From Planctomycetales bacterium (GTDB taxonomy: Bacteria; 4484-113; JAFGCY01), in the NCBI GenBank assembly GCA_022646745.1, contig CP060262.1, forward strand, positions 2,220,001 through 2,252,000: a DNA stretch of 32,000 bases, given 5' to 3'. This document shows, one piece after another, positions 23,344-32,000 of this stretch; position 1 is the stretch's first letter; every line of letters starts with the position of its first letter. Both the position numbers and the translations under genes were made by a program. A model generated the notes under the pieces. The model worked only from the letters and a program-made list of their open reading frames with translations, made no database searches and was not told the DNA's origin.

Positions 23344-23516
23344 ATTAACGGGTGCGCCCTGCACCCGACCTCCAGACCGTCCGCCTGCGCCGGACGGCGA
23401 TGCGGAGGCGAAGGGGGCCGCTGTCCTCGGGGTGACTGCCTTTTGTATCATTCATTCGGTCCGCTGCATGGGCCGGGACCGCGCAGGGGTGTGAGTCCGT
23501 GCGGCAAGTGGAGTGA

Positions 23517-24818
23517 ATGATGACGAAACGAAGCAGTTTCAAGAAGCTCGTACGCGAGCGGATGAAGAAGACGGGCGAGAGCTACAGCTCGGCCCGGCGG
23601 CAGGTGATCGCCGCAGCAGCCCCGCAGGCGGGCATCACGCATTACCCCGGCATCAATCCCGCGACCTCGGCACTGCGCATCATGCTGGCCGCGGCCGGGG
23701 TCACGAATCCGGTCACGAAGCAGCCATTCAGCGAGGCGATGCTGCTGGGTATCGCGGGCGGGCTGGGAGCCGGAGTGTTCACCTTCCGTTACGAGAAGGA
23801 GGACTTCAGTTCGTTCTTCGCCGCCGGCCGGCACCTGTGGCATGACAACCTTGAGTTCATGCAGGCTTGCCTCGGGCGGCTCGGGGTGGAATGCAAGGTC
23901 TGGGAGAGCAGTGCGGCGAAGAAGGGCTGGGAGCAGCTGCGCGAGGCGCTGGCGCATGGCCCGGTGGCGGCCTGGCTGGACATGGCGGAGCTGCCCTACC
24001 ACGGACTGCCAGCCTGGATGAGTGGTGGCGGCTACCACGTGCTGGTGGTGCAGTCGCTGGATGAGGCGCGGGAAGTGGCCGTGCTGAGCGACCTGATGGA
24101 CGAGCCGCTGGAAGTGCCGTTTGGGGACCTTGAACGCGCGCGGCTGCGGATCAAGAAGGATAAGCAGCGCCTGCTGGCAGTGACTGGCGGAGGCAATGCG
24201 GCGGACCTGACTGCGGCAATCGGCAGCGGGCTGCAGGCCTGTGCGGATGGATTGACAACGGGGCGGATGAAGAACTTCACGCTGGCGGCCTTCGAGGACT
24301 GGGCGAAGCAGCTGCATGGCAGCACCGGAAAGTCGAGCTGGGCCGTGCTGTTCCCGGCGGGCCGGCACCTCTGGACGGCGCAGACATGGGCCTATGACTG
24401 CATCGAGCATTACTTCAGCGGGGGCGGGATGCTCAGGCCGCTGTATGCGGACTTCCTCGCGGAGGCCGGCCAGCAGACTGGCAACAAGGGACTGGCCGCA
24501 CTGGCAGATACATACCGCAGTATCGGCGCGCAGTGGACTGAACTGGCGGATACCCTGCTTCCGGCTGGCAAGGGACTGCTCGGGCAGGCGCGTGAGCTGT
24601 ATGAACTGCGGGCGGAAAGCTACAACAGCCCGGCGGAAGTGGAGCTGGCGCGCAGCGAAATCTGGCAGCGGATCGGCGAACTCAAGAAGCAGGCCTCCGC
24701 GCAGTATCCGCTGGATGGATCACAGGTTGACAGCATGCTGGCCAGCGCGCAGCAGCAGCTCGCGGCGATCTGCATAGCTGAGCGTGACGCGCTGGCAACA
24801 CTGCGGGAGGTGCTGTGA
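23517..24818 (+). CDS. BtrH_N/DUF4872-like protein (papain-fold-like) with Lys/Arg-rich N-terminal helix
   Basis: The N-terminal KRSSFKKLVRERMKKTGESYSSARRQV is followed by LLGIAGGLGAGVFTFRY and GGYHVLVVQSLDE, which resembles BtrH N-terminal-domain proteins. Recognition by eye only. Confidence 0.55.
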   Translation: MMTKRSSFKKLVRERMKKTGESYSSARRQVIAAAAPQAGITHYPGINPATSALRIMLAAAGVTNPVTKQPFSEAMLLGIAGGLGAGVFTFRYEKEDFSSFFAAGRHLWHDNLEFMQACLGRLGVECKVWESSAAKKGWEQLREALAHGPVAAWLDMAELPYHGLPAWMSGGGYHVLVVQSLDEAREVAVLSDLMDEPLEVPFGDLERARLRIKKDKQRLLAVTGGGNAADLTAAIGSGLQACADGLTTGRMKNFTLAAFEDWAKQLHGSTGKSSWAVLFPAGRHLWTAQTWAYDCIEHYFSGGGMLRPLYADFLAEAGQQTGNKGLAALADTYRSIGAQWTELADTLLPAGKGLLGQARELYELRAESYNSPAEVELARSEIWQRIGELKKQASAQYPLDGSQVDSMLASAQQQLAAICIAERDALATLREVL

Positions 24819-25276
24819 TGGAAGGAAGCAAAAGCGGCGGCCGCAACGCCGTGACGATCCTGCGCAGCATCGGGGCGGTTGTGGCAGGCTACCTGGTGGA
24901 GGGCCTGCTGGTCATGACCCTGGTGGTTTTAGCAGTGATAATCGTGCCACAGTGGCAGGAGACGGCTGACGGCGCCTACCTGGCAACGAACATGATGCTC
25001 AATGTGATTGCGGCAATCGCCGGTGGATATGTCTGTGCCCGGCTCTCACCGGACAGGCCGCTGGGACATGCGCTGGCGCTTGGACTGGTAACGCTGCTGC
25101 TGGGTGTGCTGTACGCGCTGAACATGCCAACGGAAGCGGGCCGGCCGGCTCCACCAGACTGGTACGGTCCGGCGATTGCCGTGATTGCCCTGCCATCGGT
25201 ACTGCTCGGGGCACTGGTGTTCACACGCACGCGCCGTAGAACAGGGGACACCCAGCAGCCGTCCAGAGAAAGCTAA
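24818..25276 (+). CDS. hypothetical 4-TM membrane protein
   Basis: The ATG overlaps the upstream TGA (TGATG). Four hydrophobic helices. No family recognised. Confidence 0.6.
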   Translation: MEGSKSGGRNAVTILRSIGAVVAGYLVEGLLVMTLVVLAVIIVPQWQETADGAYLATNMMLNVIAAIAGGYVCARLSPDRPLGHALALGLVTLLLGVLYALNMPTEAGRPAPPDWYGPAIAVIALPSVLLGALVFTRTRRRTGDTQQPSRES

Positions 25277-25305
25277 AATAGAGACATCTGGTAAAGGGGT
25301 TTGAA

Positions 25306-26028
25306 ATGTCCATTTTCAGTATTCGTGGTATTTCCGTGCTCCTGGCGGCACTGCTGCTGGGGCTTGTCATTTCCGGCAGGGCGCTGGCACAGGACGAGGC
25401 CGCTGACCGTTCATTCATCTTCGGCACCCGCCTGGTGCTGACCAGCAGCACGCAGCTCAGCCAACCGCCGAACTACAACTGGTGGGGCGACAAGCTGCCG
25501 ATGGAGTACAACTACGCGGTCGGCACGATCGTGAAGACAGTCAATGAGGCCCGCAGTGCGCGTGGCGATGAGCGGATGATCCAGTACCGTGACTACCCGG
25601 TGTCAATCGGCGGCGACGTGCAGAACGGCGACAAGTGGGAGTACTGGATCGACTTCATGAAGATGAGCCCGGCGGACGTGCAGGTGGTGATGGAGGCCTT
25701 CCCGCTCACGGGTGAGTTTTCCGACCTGCCGACCGAGCTGCGCCCCGTCAGCTCCGGTTACTTCTGGAAGAATTCACAGGATGGCAGCGCCGTGTCGATC
25801 GACCTGCCGGGCGGCACCCTGGAGGTTTCCCCCTCGATGGCATTCGAGGATGCCTGGCAGGCTGTGAACGGCAACCTGAAGGATTACTTCGGGATGGATG
25901 TGAAGTTCGACCTGTACCTGAGCCACTCGCGTACGGCAGGCGGCTACAACAGCTTCGATGTCAGCGTGACCGTCTACATGGACGATTCCTGGCAGAACAA
26001 TGGCGGCTACCCGGTCGAGTACGACTGA
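25306..26028 (+). CDS. hypothetical secreted protein (240 aa)
   Basis: Signal peptide MSIFSIRGISVLLAALLLGLVISGRALA. Coding-like composition. No family recognised. Confidence 0.6.
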   Translation: MSIFSIRGISVLLAALLLGLVISGRALAQDEAADRSFIFGTRLVLTSSTQLSQPPNYNWWGDKLPMEYNYAVGTIVKTVNEARSARGDERMIQYRDYPVSIGGDVQNGDKWEYWIDFMKMSPADVQVVMEAFPLTGEFSDLPTELRPVSSGYFWKNSQDGSAVSIDLPGGTLEVSPSMAFEDAWQAVNGNLKDYFGMDVKFDLYLSHSRTAGGYNSFDVSVTVYMDDSWQNNGGYPVEYD

Positions 26029-26071
26029 CTGGGCTGCTGAATCAACGGATTCAGGCCGGGGTGGGCAATGC

Positions 26072-26707
26072 TCACTCCGGCTCCTTGTTTTCTGGTGATG
26101 ACGGTCGACGGAACATTCCGCGCAGCCTGCGGCCATGCGCTTCGGTGGCCTCACCGATGCGGGATGCGGTTTCACCCCCGGCCTGCTGCAGGCGCTCCAT
26201 CTGCTCCCGGCTGCTTTCCTGCATGCGCTGCAGCTGTGCGTCCGTCGCGGCCCCGATGCTGGCATGGCCCTGGCGGATGTTGCTGGCCGTGCTCTGTGCC
26301 AGGCGGTTCAGGTTGGCGGATTCCTCTTGGGCGAAGCGGTGCAGCATGCGCACCTTGGCGGCATAGTGGGCGGCGAGGATGAACAGGGGAGACCAGAAGC
26401 AGGCGATTGACAACACGAACTCCGTCCAGGCCAGCCAGAGCGGATGAGGCCGGAAGATGAATTCGACGAGGCATGCGATGAACAGCGCAATGCTGGCCAG
26501 CAGCAGCAGGACGGAAAGGATGATCAGTGGTACGGGCGGCCACCAGTTGACCGCCTCGTCGGCGGTATCGAGGTAGCGCAGCACCACTTCCAGCTGGGCG
26601 GAGCGCACCAGGCCGAGGCGTACTGCGAGGCCCAGCGCGGGCCGGGCGAAGGCCGGCAGGCTCGGAGTGAGGCTGATCAGCCTGAGCAATGATTGATGGA
26701 CGGGCAC
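26072..26707 (-). CDS. hypothetical membrane protein with C-terminal coiled-coil-like tail
   Basis: GTG start. Two or three TM helices, then a Q/E/R-rich tail (QLQRMQESSREQMERLQQ). The overlapping plus- and minus-strand ORFs are Arg/Pro/Ala-rich shadow frames. Confidence 0.5.
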   Translation of the reverse strand: MPVHQSLLRLISLTPSLPAFARPALGLAVRLGLVRSAQLEVVLRYLDTADEAVNWWPPVPLIILSVLLLLASIALFIACLVEFIFRPHPLWLAWTEFVLSIACFWSPLFILAAHYAAKVRMLHRFAQEESANLNRLAQSTASNIRQGHASIGAATDAQLQRMQESSREQMERLQQAGGETASRIGEATEAHGRRLRGMFRRPSSPENKEPE

Positions 26708-26770
26708 ATTTCCCCCGCAGGATTTGCTGCTGCCTCCAGCTTAGCATGCCCGCTGCGCTAGGATAGTCAG

Positions 26771-27727
26771 GTGAATTCCACCCTGCCCCCTGAGCTGCGC
26801 ATCGCCAGCCTGCTGCCATCCGCCACTGAGATCATCTGTGCGCTGGGCGGCCGGGACAACCTGGTCGGTGTCAGCCATGAATGCGACTACCCGGCCGGGG
26901 TGGGAGAGCTGCCGAAGCTGACCAGCCCACGCTACCGGATCCCGGACTCAAGCGCCGGGATCGACGGCGCGGTGCGCTCCGTGCTGGAGTCGGCGTTGTC
27001 AATCTACAACGTGGACACTGAGCTGCTGCGTGGACTGAAGCCCGACATCGTGTTCACGCAGGACCTGTGCCGGGTATGCGCCCCGAGCCTGGATGACGTG
27101 CAGCAGGCGGTGCGGCAGTGGTGCGGGCCGGACACCGTGCTTGTCAGCCAGTCGCCGCAGGACCTGCAGCAGGTGCTGCAGGATTTCGAGGATGCTGGCT
27201 GCGCGCTGGGAAGTGAGCAGGCGGGGGAGCGCCTCAAGCAGCAGACCGCACGCTCTATGCTGGCCCTGCAGATGAACTGGGTCCGGTCGGGGCGTCCGGC
27301 GGTGCCCGTGCTGACGGTGGAGTGGATCGAGCCGCTGATGGCGGGCGGCCTGTGGATGGCGGAGCTTATTAAGATGGCCGGGGGCGAACCGCTGCTGACA
27401 GAACGGGGACAGCACAGCAAACCGCTGACGGATGAAGAGCTGGCTGACATCGCCCCGGAAGTGGTGCTGGTGCACCCCTGCGGTTTCGACCTGACGCGCG
27501 GGCTGCGGGAGGCGGACATCCTGATGAAGCGGTTGCCGGCGCACTGGCCAGCCGTTGCCAACAAGCAGGTCTGGTTCAGCGATGGCAGCCATTTCTTCAA
27601 CCGTCCCGGTCCGCGGCTGTATGAATCAATGTGGCTGCTCAACCTGGTGCTGCACCCTGAGCTGCATGATGACCAGCGGGCGATGTTCAGCAAGTCATTG
27701 ATGAAACTGGGAGGACTGCCATGGTAG
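26771..27727 (+). CDS. BtuF/FhuD-like (Peripla_BP_2 fold) binding protein lacking a signal peptide
   Basis: RIASLLPSATEIICALGGRDNLVGVSHECDYP is the typical N-terminal strand-helix of cobalamin/siderophore binding proteins. The GTG start is followed directly by this motif, with no hydrophobic leader. Confidence 0.75.
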   Translation: MNSTLPPELRIASLLPSATEIICALGGRDNLVGVSHECDYPAGVGELPKLTSPRYRIPDSSAGIDGAVRSVLESALSIYNVDTELLRGLKPDIVFTQDLCRVCAPSLDDVQQAVRQWCGPDTVLVSQSPQDLQQVLQDFEDAGCALGSEQAGERLKQQTARSMLALQMNWVRSGRPAVPVLTVEWIEPLMAGGLWMAELIKMAGGEPLLTERGQHSKPLTDEELADIAPEVVLVHPCGFDLTRGLREADILMKRLPAHWPAVANKQVWFSDGSHFFNRPGPRLYESMWLLNLVLHPELHDDQRAMFSKSLMKLGGLPW

Positions 27728-28401
27728 ACGGAGCGAGACAGAAGGTGGCCGTGGCCTGGAGCAGCGGCAAGGACAGCGCATGGCTGCTGTCGGAGCTGAT
27801 GCGGGACGAGCGCTATGAGGTGGCTGCGATCATGACAACGGTGCGTGAGGACGACGGATCAATCGGGATCCATGGCACGAGCCGTGAAGTGCTGTATGCG
27901 CAGGTTGCGGCTATCGGCCTGCCACTCTACGAAGTGAACCTGCCCTGGCCCTGCCCGAACGAGGACTATGAACAGCGCATGCGTGAATGTGCATACCTGC
28001 TGCTGGGGAATGACATCACGGCGCTGGCCTTTGGCGACCTGCACCTGGCGGACATCCGTGAGTACCGGGAGAAGCTGTTTGCCGAAACGGGGCTGGACCT
28101 GCTGTTCCCACTCTGGCAACGTGACACGGGGGAGCTGGCACAGGAGATGATCGCGGGCGGGTTGCAGGCGGTGGTCTGCTGCGTACAGCATGACCGGCTG
28201 CCGGCGGAACTGCTGGGGCGGCGGTTTGATGCGGAGCTGCTCAGCGCCCTGCCGGAGGATGTGGACCACTGTGGGGAGTCCGGAGAGTTCCACACGATCG
28301 TGACCGCCTGCCCGGCGATGTCAGTCGAGCTGGAACTGGAGCGCTGCGAGATGCACGCGGATGATCAGCACAGCTGGCTGGATTTCAGCGAAGTGGAGTG
28401 A
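27721..28401 (+). CDS. PP-loop ATP pyrophosphatase, Dph6/MJ0570 (DUF71)-like
   Basis: VAVAWSSGKDSAWLL PP-loop variant, GDLHLADIREYRE, and GESGEFHTIV, which is characteristic of the diphthine-ammonia-ligase-like family. The ATG overlaps the upstream TAG (ATGGTAG) behind GGGAGG. Confidence 0.78.
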   Translation: MVDGARQKVAVAWSSGKDSAWLLSELMRDERYEVAAIMTTVREDDGSIGIHGTSREVLYAQVAAIGLPLYEVNLPWPCPNEDYEQRMRECAYLLLGNDITALAFGDLHLADIREYREKLFAETGLDLLFPLWQRDTGELAQEMIAGGLQAVVCCVQHDRLPAELLGRRFDAELLSALPEDVDHCGESGEFHTIVTACPAMSVELELERCEMHADDQHSWLDFSEVE

Positions 28402-28460
28402 TTCCACACTTCGGCCATACTTTCCAAGCAGTTTGGCCAGCACTGGAGGCTATCTTTTCC

Positions 28461-28679
28461 ATGACGGGAACTGGAGGAGATATGCAGTACGGAGACAGCT
28501 GGATTACGGAAAATGAACACCTGCTCGGCGGCGGACAGCCGGATCGGCCAGTCCTAGACCCGACTCCCCCGTGCAAGCACCATTCCGGATTTGCCAGCGT
28601 GGAAATCCTGCGCCGGTTCGCGGCTGAATGCAGGGCTCTCAATGCGCGCATGATGCTGGACAAGGCCTTGCAGGCCTGA
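28461..28679 (+). CDS. small hypothetical protein (start 28461 or 28482)
   Basis: In-frame ATGs at 28461 (GGAGG 11 nt upstream) and 28482 (GGAGGAG 2-4 nt upstream). No family recognised; it may not be expressed. Confidence 0.3.
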   Translation: MTGTGGDMQYGDSWITENEHLLGGGQPDRPVLDPTPPCKHHSGFASVEILRRFAAECRALNARMMLDKALQA

Positions 28680-28721
28680 CAGGGAAACGGCGGACATTAC
28701 ACATATGGAATTGGAAGTACA

Positions 28722-30161
28722 TTGAGCACCAGGCCAGCAACCCTCATTCTCCTCAGGCGCGACCTGCGCCTGGCGGACAATCCGGCGCTGGTGGAAGCCG
28801 CGCGCATCGGCCTGCCGGTGCATGCAGTTCTTGCGTGGCCCGATGCCGGCCAGCCAACGCGGCCGGGCAATGTGGCAGCAGCCTGGTACCTGCAGAATGC
28901 AGCTGAATTCGCGAGCGAGCTACAGGAGGAATGCGGACTGCAGCTGGACATCCAGCGGGGCAGCCTGGCGGAGATCTTCGCCCGCCTGCAGGGGAAGCAG
29001 GACTATGCACATGTGCTGCTGAATGCCGGGCATGACCCGCCGGCGCTGGCAGAGGAAGTTGAACTGCAGGGGGCCTGCCGGGAAGCCGGGGTGGACTGCC
29101 GGCTGCTGCCAGCGAACACCCTGCTGCCAACCGGCGCGGTGCTGAACAAGGATGGCAACAGCTTCAAGGTGTTCACGCCTTATTACAAGCGCTTCCTTGA
29201 ACGCTACCGGCATACTCCGCCACGGGGCATGCCCGGCCGGCTGCGTAACGCTGGCTTGCACAGAGCGGGTGTGCCATTCGAGATTTTGCTGCAGGAGATC
29301 CCCGAGCCACAGCGCAGTGCGGCGGCACGCTGGGAACCCGGTGAGCAGGCAGCCCGTGACGGTATGGAGCATTTCATCGCCCGGCACCTGCAGGAATATG
29401 GCAGCGACCGCCACAGCCTGGAGATCAGCGGCACATCGCGGATCTCAGCCTGGCTGCAGGCCGGTGTGATCAGCACCAGGCAGGTCTGGGAGCTGGTGCA
29501 GCAGGCCCGGGAACGGGATGCCGCGCTGGCGGACGGCGCAGCGATCTTCCAGCGCCAGCTGATCTGGCGCGAATTCGCGATGCAGGTGCTGGATGACCAC
29601 CCGCAGCTGCCGGACAGGCCGCTGCAGGAGAAGTTCGCGGCATTCCCCTGGCAGGATGATGCAGCAGCACTGGAAGCCTGGAAAGATGGACGCACCGGCT
29701 ACCCGGTGGTGGATGCTGCGATGCGCCAGCTCACGACAGTGGGCTGGATGCCCGGCCGGGCGCGGATGGTGGTTGCCAGCTTCCTCGTGAAGCACCTTCT
29801 GCAGCCCTGGCAGCAGGGCGAAGCATGGTTTGCGGACTGGCTGATTGACTACGACCTGTCCTGCAATGCCTTCAACTGGCAGTGGGTGGCGGGCTGCGGG
29901 ACGGATGCCGCGCCTTACTTCCGCATCTTCAACCCGATCCTGCAGGGCCGCAAGTTTGACGCAGACGGCAGTTACGTCAGGCAGTGGCTGCCGGAACTGG
30001 ATGGCCTGCCGGACAAGGTGCTGCACAGTCCGTGGGAAGCCTCGCCGCTGGAGCTGCAGGCTGCCGGGGTGCAGCCGGGCCGGAACTATCCGAAGCCGCT
30101 GGTGGAGCACAGCTTTGCGCGCACGCGCGCGCTGGCTGCGCTGAAAGCCGTGAGCAACTGA
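28722..30161 (+). CDS. phrB: deoxyribodipyrimidine photolyase (class I CPD photolyase/cryptochrome family)
   Basis: LRRDLRLADNPAL N-terminus and FAD-binding signature GYPVVDAAMRQL...GWMPGRARMVVASFL...DYDLSCNAFNWQWVAGCGTDAAPYFRIFNP. TTG start. Confidence 0.92.
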   Translation: MSTRPATLILLRRDLRLADNPALVEAARIGLPVHAVLAWPDAGQPTRPGNVAAAWYLQNAAEFASELQEECGLQLDIQRGSLAEIFARLQGKQDYAHVLLNAGHDPPALAEEVELQGACREAGVDCRLLPANTLLPTGAVLNKDGNSFKVFTPYYKRFLERYRHTPPRGMPGRLRNAGLHRAGVPFEILLQEIPEPQRSAAARWEPGEQAARDGMEHFIARHLQEYGSDRHSLEISGTSRISAWLQAGVISTRQVWELVQQARERDAALADGAAIFQRQLIWREFAMQVLDDHPQLPDRPLQEKFAAFPWQDDAAALEAWKDGRTGYPVVDAAMRQLTTVGWMPGRARMVVASFLVKHLLQPWQQGEAWFADWLIDYDLSCNAFNWQWVAGCGTDAAPYFRIFNPILQGRKFDADGSYVRQWLPELDGLPDKVLHSPWEASPLELQAAGVQPGRNYPKPLVEHSFARTRALAALKAVSN

Positions 30162-30205
30162 ATGCGCACGCAGCTGCCCTGCAATAGAATTGGGGTGGAG
30201 GCAGC

Positions 30206-32000
30206 ATGGACGATTCGCAGAAGCAGATACCGGACCCTGGTGTATTCGAGAAGCTCGGGGTGTTCTACCTCGGAGCCGAGCGGGACAGCGTGGCCAGCGG
30301 GACGATGGAGCCCGTACTGTACGACTCGCGGGACCTGACGACGCACGCGGTCTGTGTCGGGATGACCGGCAGCGGCAAGACCGGGCTGTGCACTTGCCTC
30401 TTGGAGGAAGCCGCGCTGGATGGCGTGCCGGCGATCATCATCGACCCGAAGGGCGACCTGGCCAACCTGCTGCTGAGCTTCCCGGACCTCTCGGCGGAGA
30501 GCTTCGAACCCTGGGTTGATCCTGGCAACGCTGAGCGCAAGGGCCAGAGCGTGGCGGAGTATGCCGCAGCCACCGCTGAGCTGTGGCGCAAGGGCCTGGC
30601 CGGCTGGGGCGAGGACGGTGAGCGGATTGCCGCCCTGCGACGCGCCGTCGAGATGCGCATCTACACCCCGGGCTCTGACAGCGGCCTGCAGTTGTCGGTG
30701 CTGAAATCATTCAGTGCGCCGCCTGCTGAGATAGTGAATGATGGCGACGCCTTCCGCGAGCGGATCTCAGGCAGTGTGAGCGGGCTGTTGACCCTGCTGG
30801 GCATCGATGCTGACCCGCTGCGCAGCCGCGAGCATATCCTGCTGGCAAGCATCCTCGAACATGAATGGAAGGCCGGGCGCGACTGCGGCCTGCCGGAGCT
30901 GATCCGCATGATCAGCACGCCGCCCTTCACGCAGGTCGGCATCCTCGACCTGGAGAGCTTCTTCCCCGGCAAGGAGCGGATGGACCTGGCGGTGACGCTC
31001 AACAATCTGCTGGCCTCACCGAGCTTCGGGGCCTGGGCCGTCGGTGAGCCGCTGGATGTGCAATCGCTGTTGTGGTCGCCGGAGGGAAAGCCGCGCCTGT
31101 CGATCCTCTACATCGCGCACCTGAGCGAGGCGGAGCGGATGTTCTTCGTGACCCTGCTGCTCAACGAGGTTGTCAGCTGGGTGCGCCGCCAGACCGGCAC
31201 CGGCAGCCTGCGGGCGCTGCTTTACATGGACGAGGTGTTCGGCTACCTGCCGCCGGTTGCCAACCCGCCGAGCAAGGCGCCGATGCTGACCCTGCTCAAG
31301 CAGGCCCGTGCCTTCGGGCTGGGGCTGGTGCTGGCAACGCAGAACCCGGTGGACCTGGACTACAAAGCCCTGTCCAACGCCGGCACCTGGCTTTTGGGCC
31401 GGCTGCAGACGGAACGTGACAAGCAGCGCATGATAGACGGACTGATCGGGGCGCAGGGTGGCAGCGGGCTGGACCGCGAGGCATTGCTGGCAACGATCAG
31501 CGGACTGGACAGCCGCGAATTCCTGCTGCACAACGTGCATGATGACGGGCCGCAGGTGTTGGCGACGCGCTGGGCGATGAGCTACCTGCGCGGCCCGCTC
31601 AGCCGCGACCATGTGCGCAGGCTGATGCAGGGTGCTGAGCCGGATCCGGTGGAACAGTCCCCAGTGCAGGCTCCGGCACCGGAGAAGCATGCGGTGCAGG
31701 AAGCGGCGGATATCGAGCAGGCCGGAGTCGCTGAACGGCCACTGTTGCCTAAGGAGGCCGGTGAGTGCTTCCAGCAGGGCGCACTGCCGGAAGGTGCCGC
31801 TGTGCATTATGCACCGGCGCTCTGGGGCAGCCTGACCCTGCACTACGTTGACAGCAAGCGGGGCTGGGATGAATGGCGCGAGTGTGATGTGCTGGCCAGG
31901 ATCAACGAGGACTCCGGGGCGGACCCCTGGGACGACGCGGTCCTTAGTGAGAAGCTGGATTGCAGTGACCGGCCGGCCAGCGAGGCTGGATATGGCGAGC
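30206..32000 (+). CDS. HerA/FtsK-like (DUF87-type) P-loop ATPase, 5' partial, runs off the window
   Basis: Not in the ORF track because no stop occurs before 32000; I translated the frame by hand and it is open from the ATG at 30206 (GGAGG 5 nt upstream). Walker A GMTGSGKTGL, IIDPKGDL, Walker B ALLYMDEVF, GLGLVLATQNPVDLD. All minus-strand ORFs here are shadows. Confidence 0.8.
   Translation, partial: MDDSQKQIPDPGVFEKLGVFYLGAERDSVASGTMEPVLYDSRDLTTHAVCVGMTGSGKTGLCTCLLEEAALDGVPAIIIDPKGDLANLLLSFPDLSAESFEPWVDPGNAERKGQSVAEYAAATAELWRKGLAGWGEDGERIAALRRAVEMRIYTPGSDSGLQLSVLKSFSAPPAEIVNDGDAFRERISGSVSGLLTLLGIDADPLRSREHILLASILEHEWKAGRDCGLPELIRMISTPPFTQVGILDLESFFPGKERMDLAVTLNNLLASPSFGAWAVGEPLDVQSLLWSPEGKPRLSILYIAHLSEAERMFFVTLLLNEVVSWVRRQTGTGSLRALLYMDEVFGYLPPVANPPSKAPMLTLLKQARAFGLGLVLATQNPVDLDYKALSNAGTWLLGRLQTERDKQRMIDGLIGAQGGSGLDREALLATISGLDSREFLLHNVHDDGPQVLATRWAMSYLRGPLSRDHVRRLMQGAEPDPVEQSPVQAPAPEKHAVQEAADIEQAGVAERPLLPKEAGECFQQGALPEGAAVHYAPALWGSLTLHYVDSKRGWDEWRECDVLARINEDSGADPWDDAVLSEKLDCSDRPASEAGYGE

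Noticed and set aside
28398-28679. 93-aa version of the small ORF between the PP-loop ATPase and photolyase
   Set aside because: The 5' third overlaps the upstream stop region, starts at a non-ATG codon and has no RBS. Only the shorter forms (ATG 28461 or 28482) have SD-like sequences, and even those are low confidence.
1-32000. Genomic island, prophage or mobile element interpretation of the window
   Set aside because: I saw no integrase, transposase, tRNA attachment site, phage structural gene, or direct or terminal inverted repeats bounding a segment. The only long direct repeat is the pstS duplication.

Overview
GC-rich bacterial chromosomal window. I found no rRNA or tRNA genes, no transposase or integrase, and no CRISPR array. 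From about 9.9 to 23.1 kb the minus strand carries a complete Pho regulon core: a 1376-aa secreted phosphoesterase fusion, phoB-phoR, two tandem pstS paralogs, and pstC-pstA-pstB-phoU. Recognisable TTCAC-N6-TTCAY Pho boxes sit a fixed 21 nt upstream of TAnnnT -10 hexamers. From 23.5 to 32 kb the plus strand carries a BtrH-like protein, membrane and secreted hypotheticals, a signal-less BtuF-like binding protein translationally coupled to a PP-loop ATPase, a class I photolyase, and the 5' part of a HerA/FtsK-like ATPase that runs off the window. From 0 to 9.6 kb there is a DUF4177-GntR(YtrA-like)-SPFH-membrane protein operon, a secreted transglutaminase-like protein, queD, a Sel1-repeat protein and a 901-aa dockerin-bearing lipoprotein. 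The most unusual signal is non-coding. Every intergenic gap between 2.85 and 9.9 kb is filled by same-orientation copies or fragments of one colinear mosaic element of roughly 0.6 kb. It is built from heptamer microsatellites (G-quadruplex-capable, rich in GGA and GGAGG), several conserved hairpins with compensatory or G-U substitutions, and arrays of TCCGTTG-hairpin-CCTCC units. I do not recognise it as a described repeat or ncRNA family. All family calls rest on motif recognition by eye; no database search was possible.
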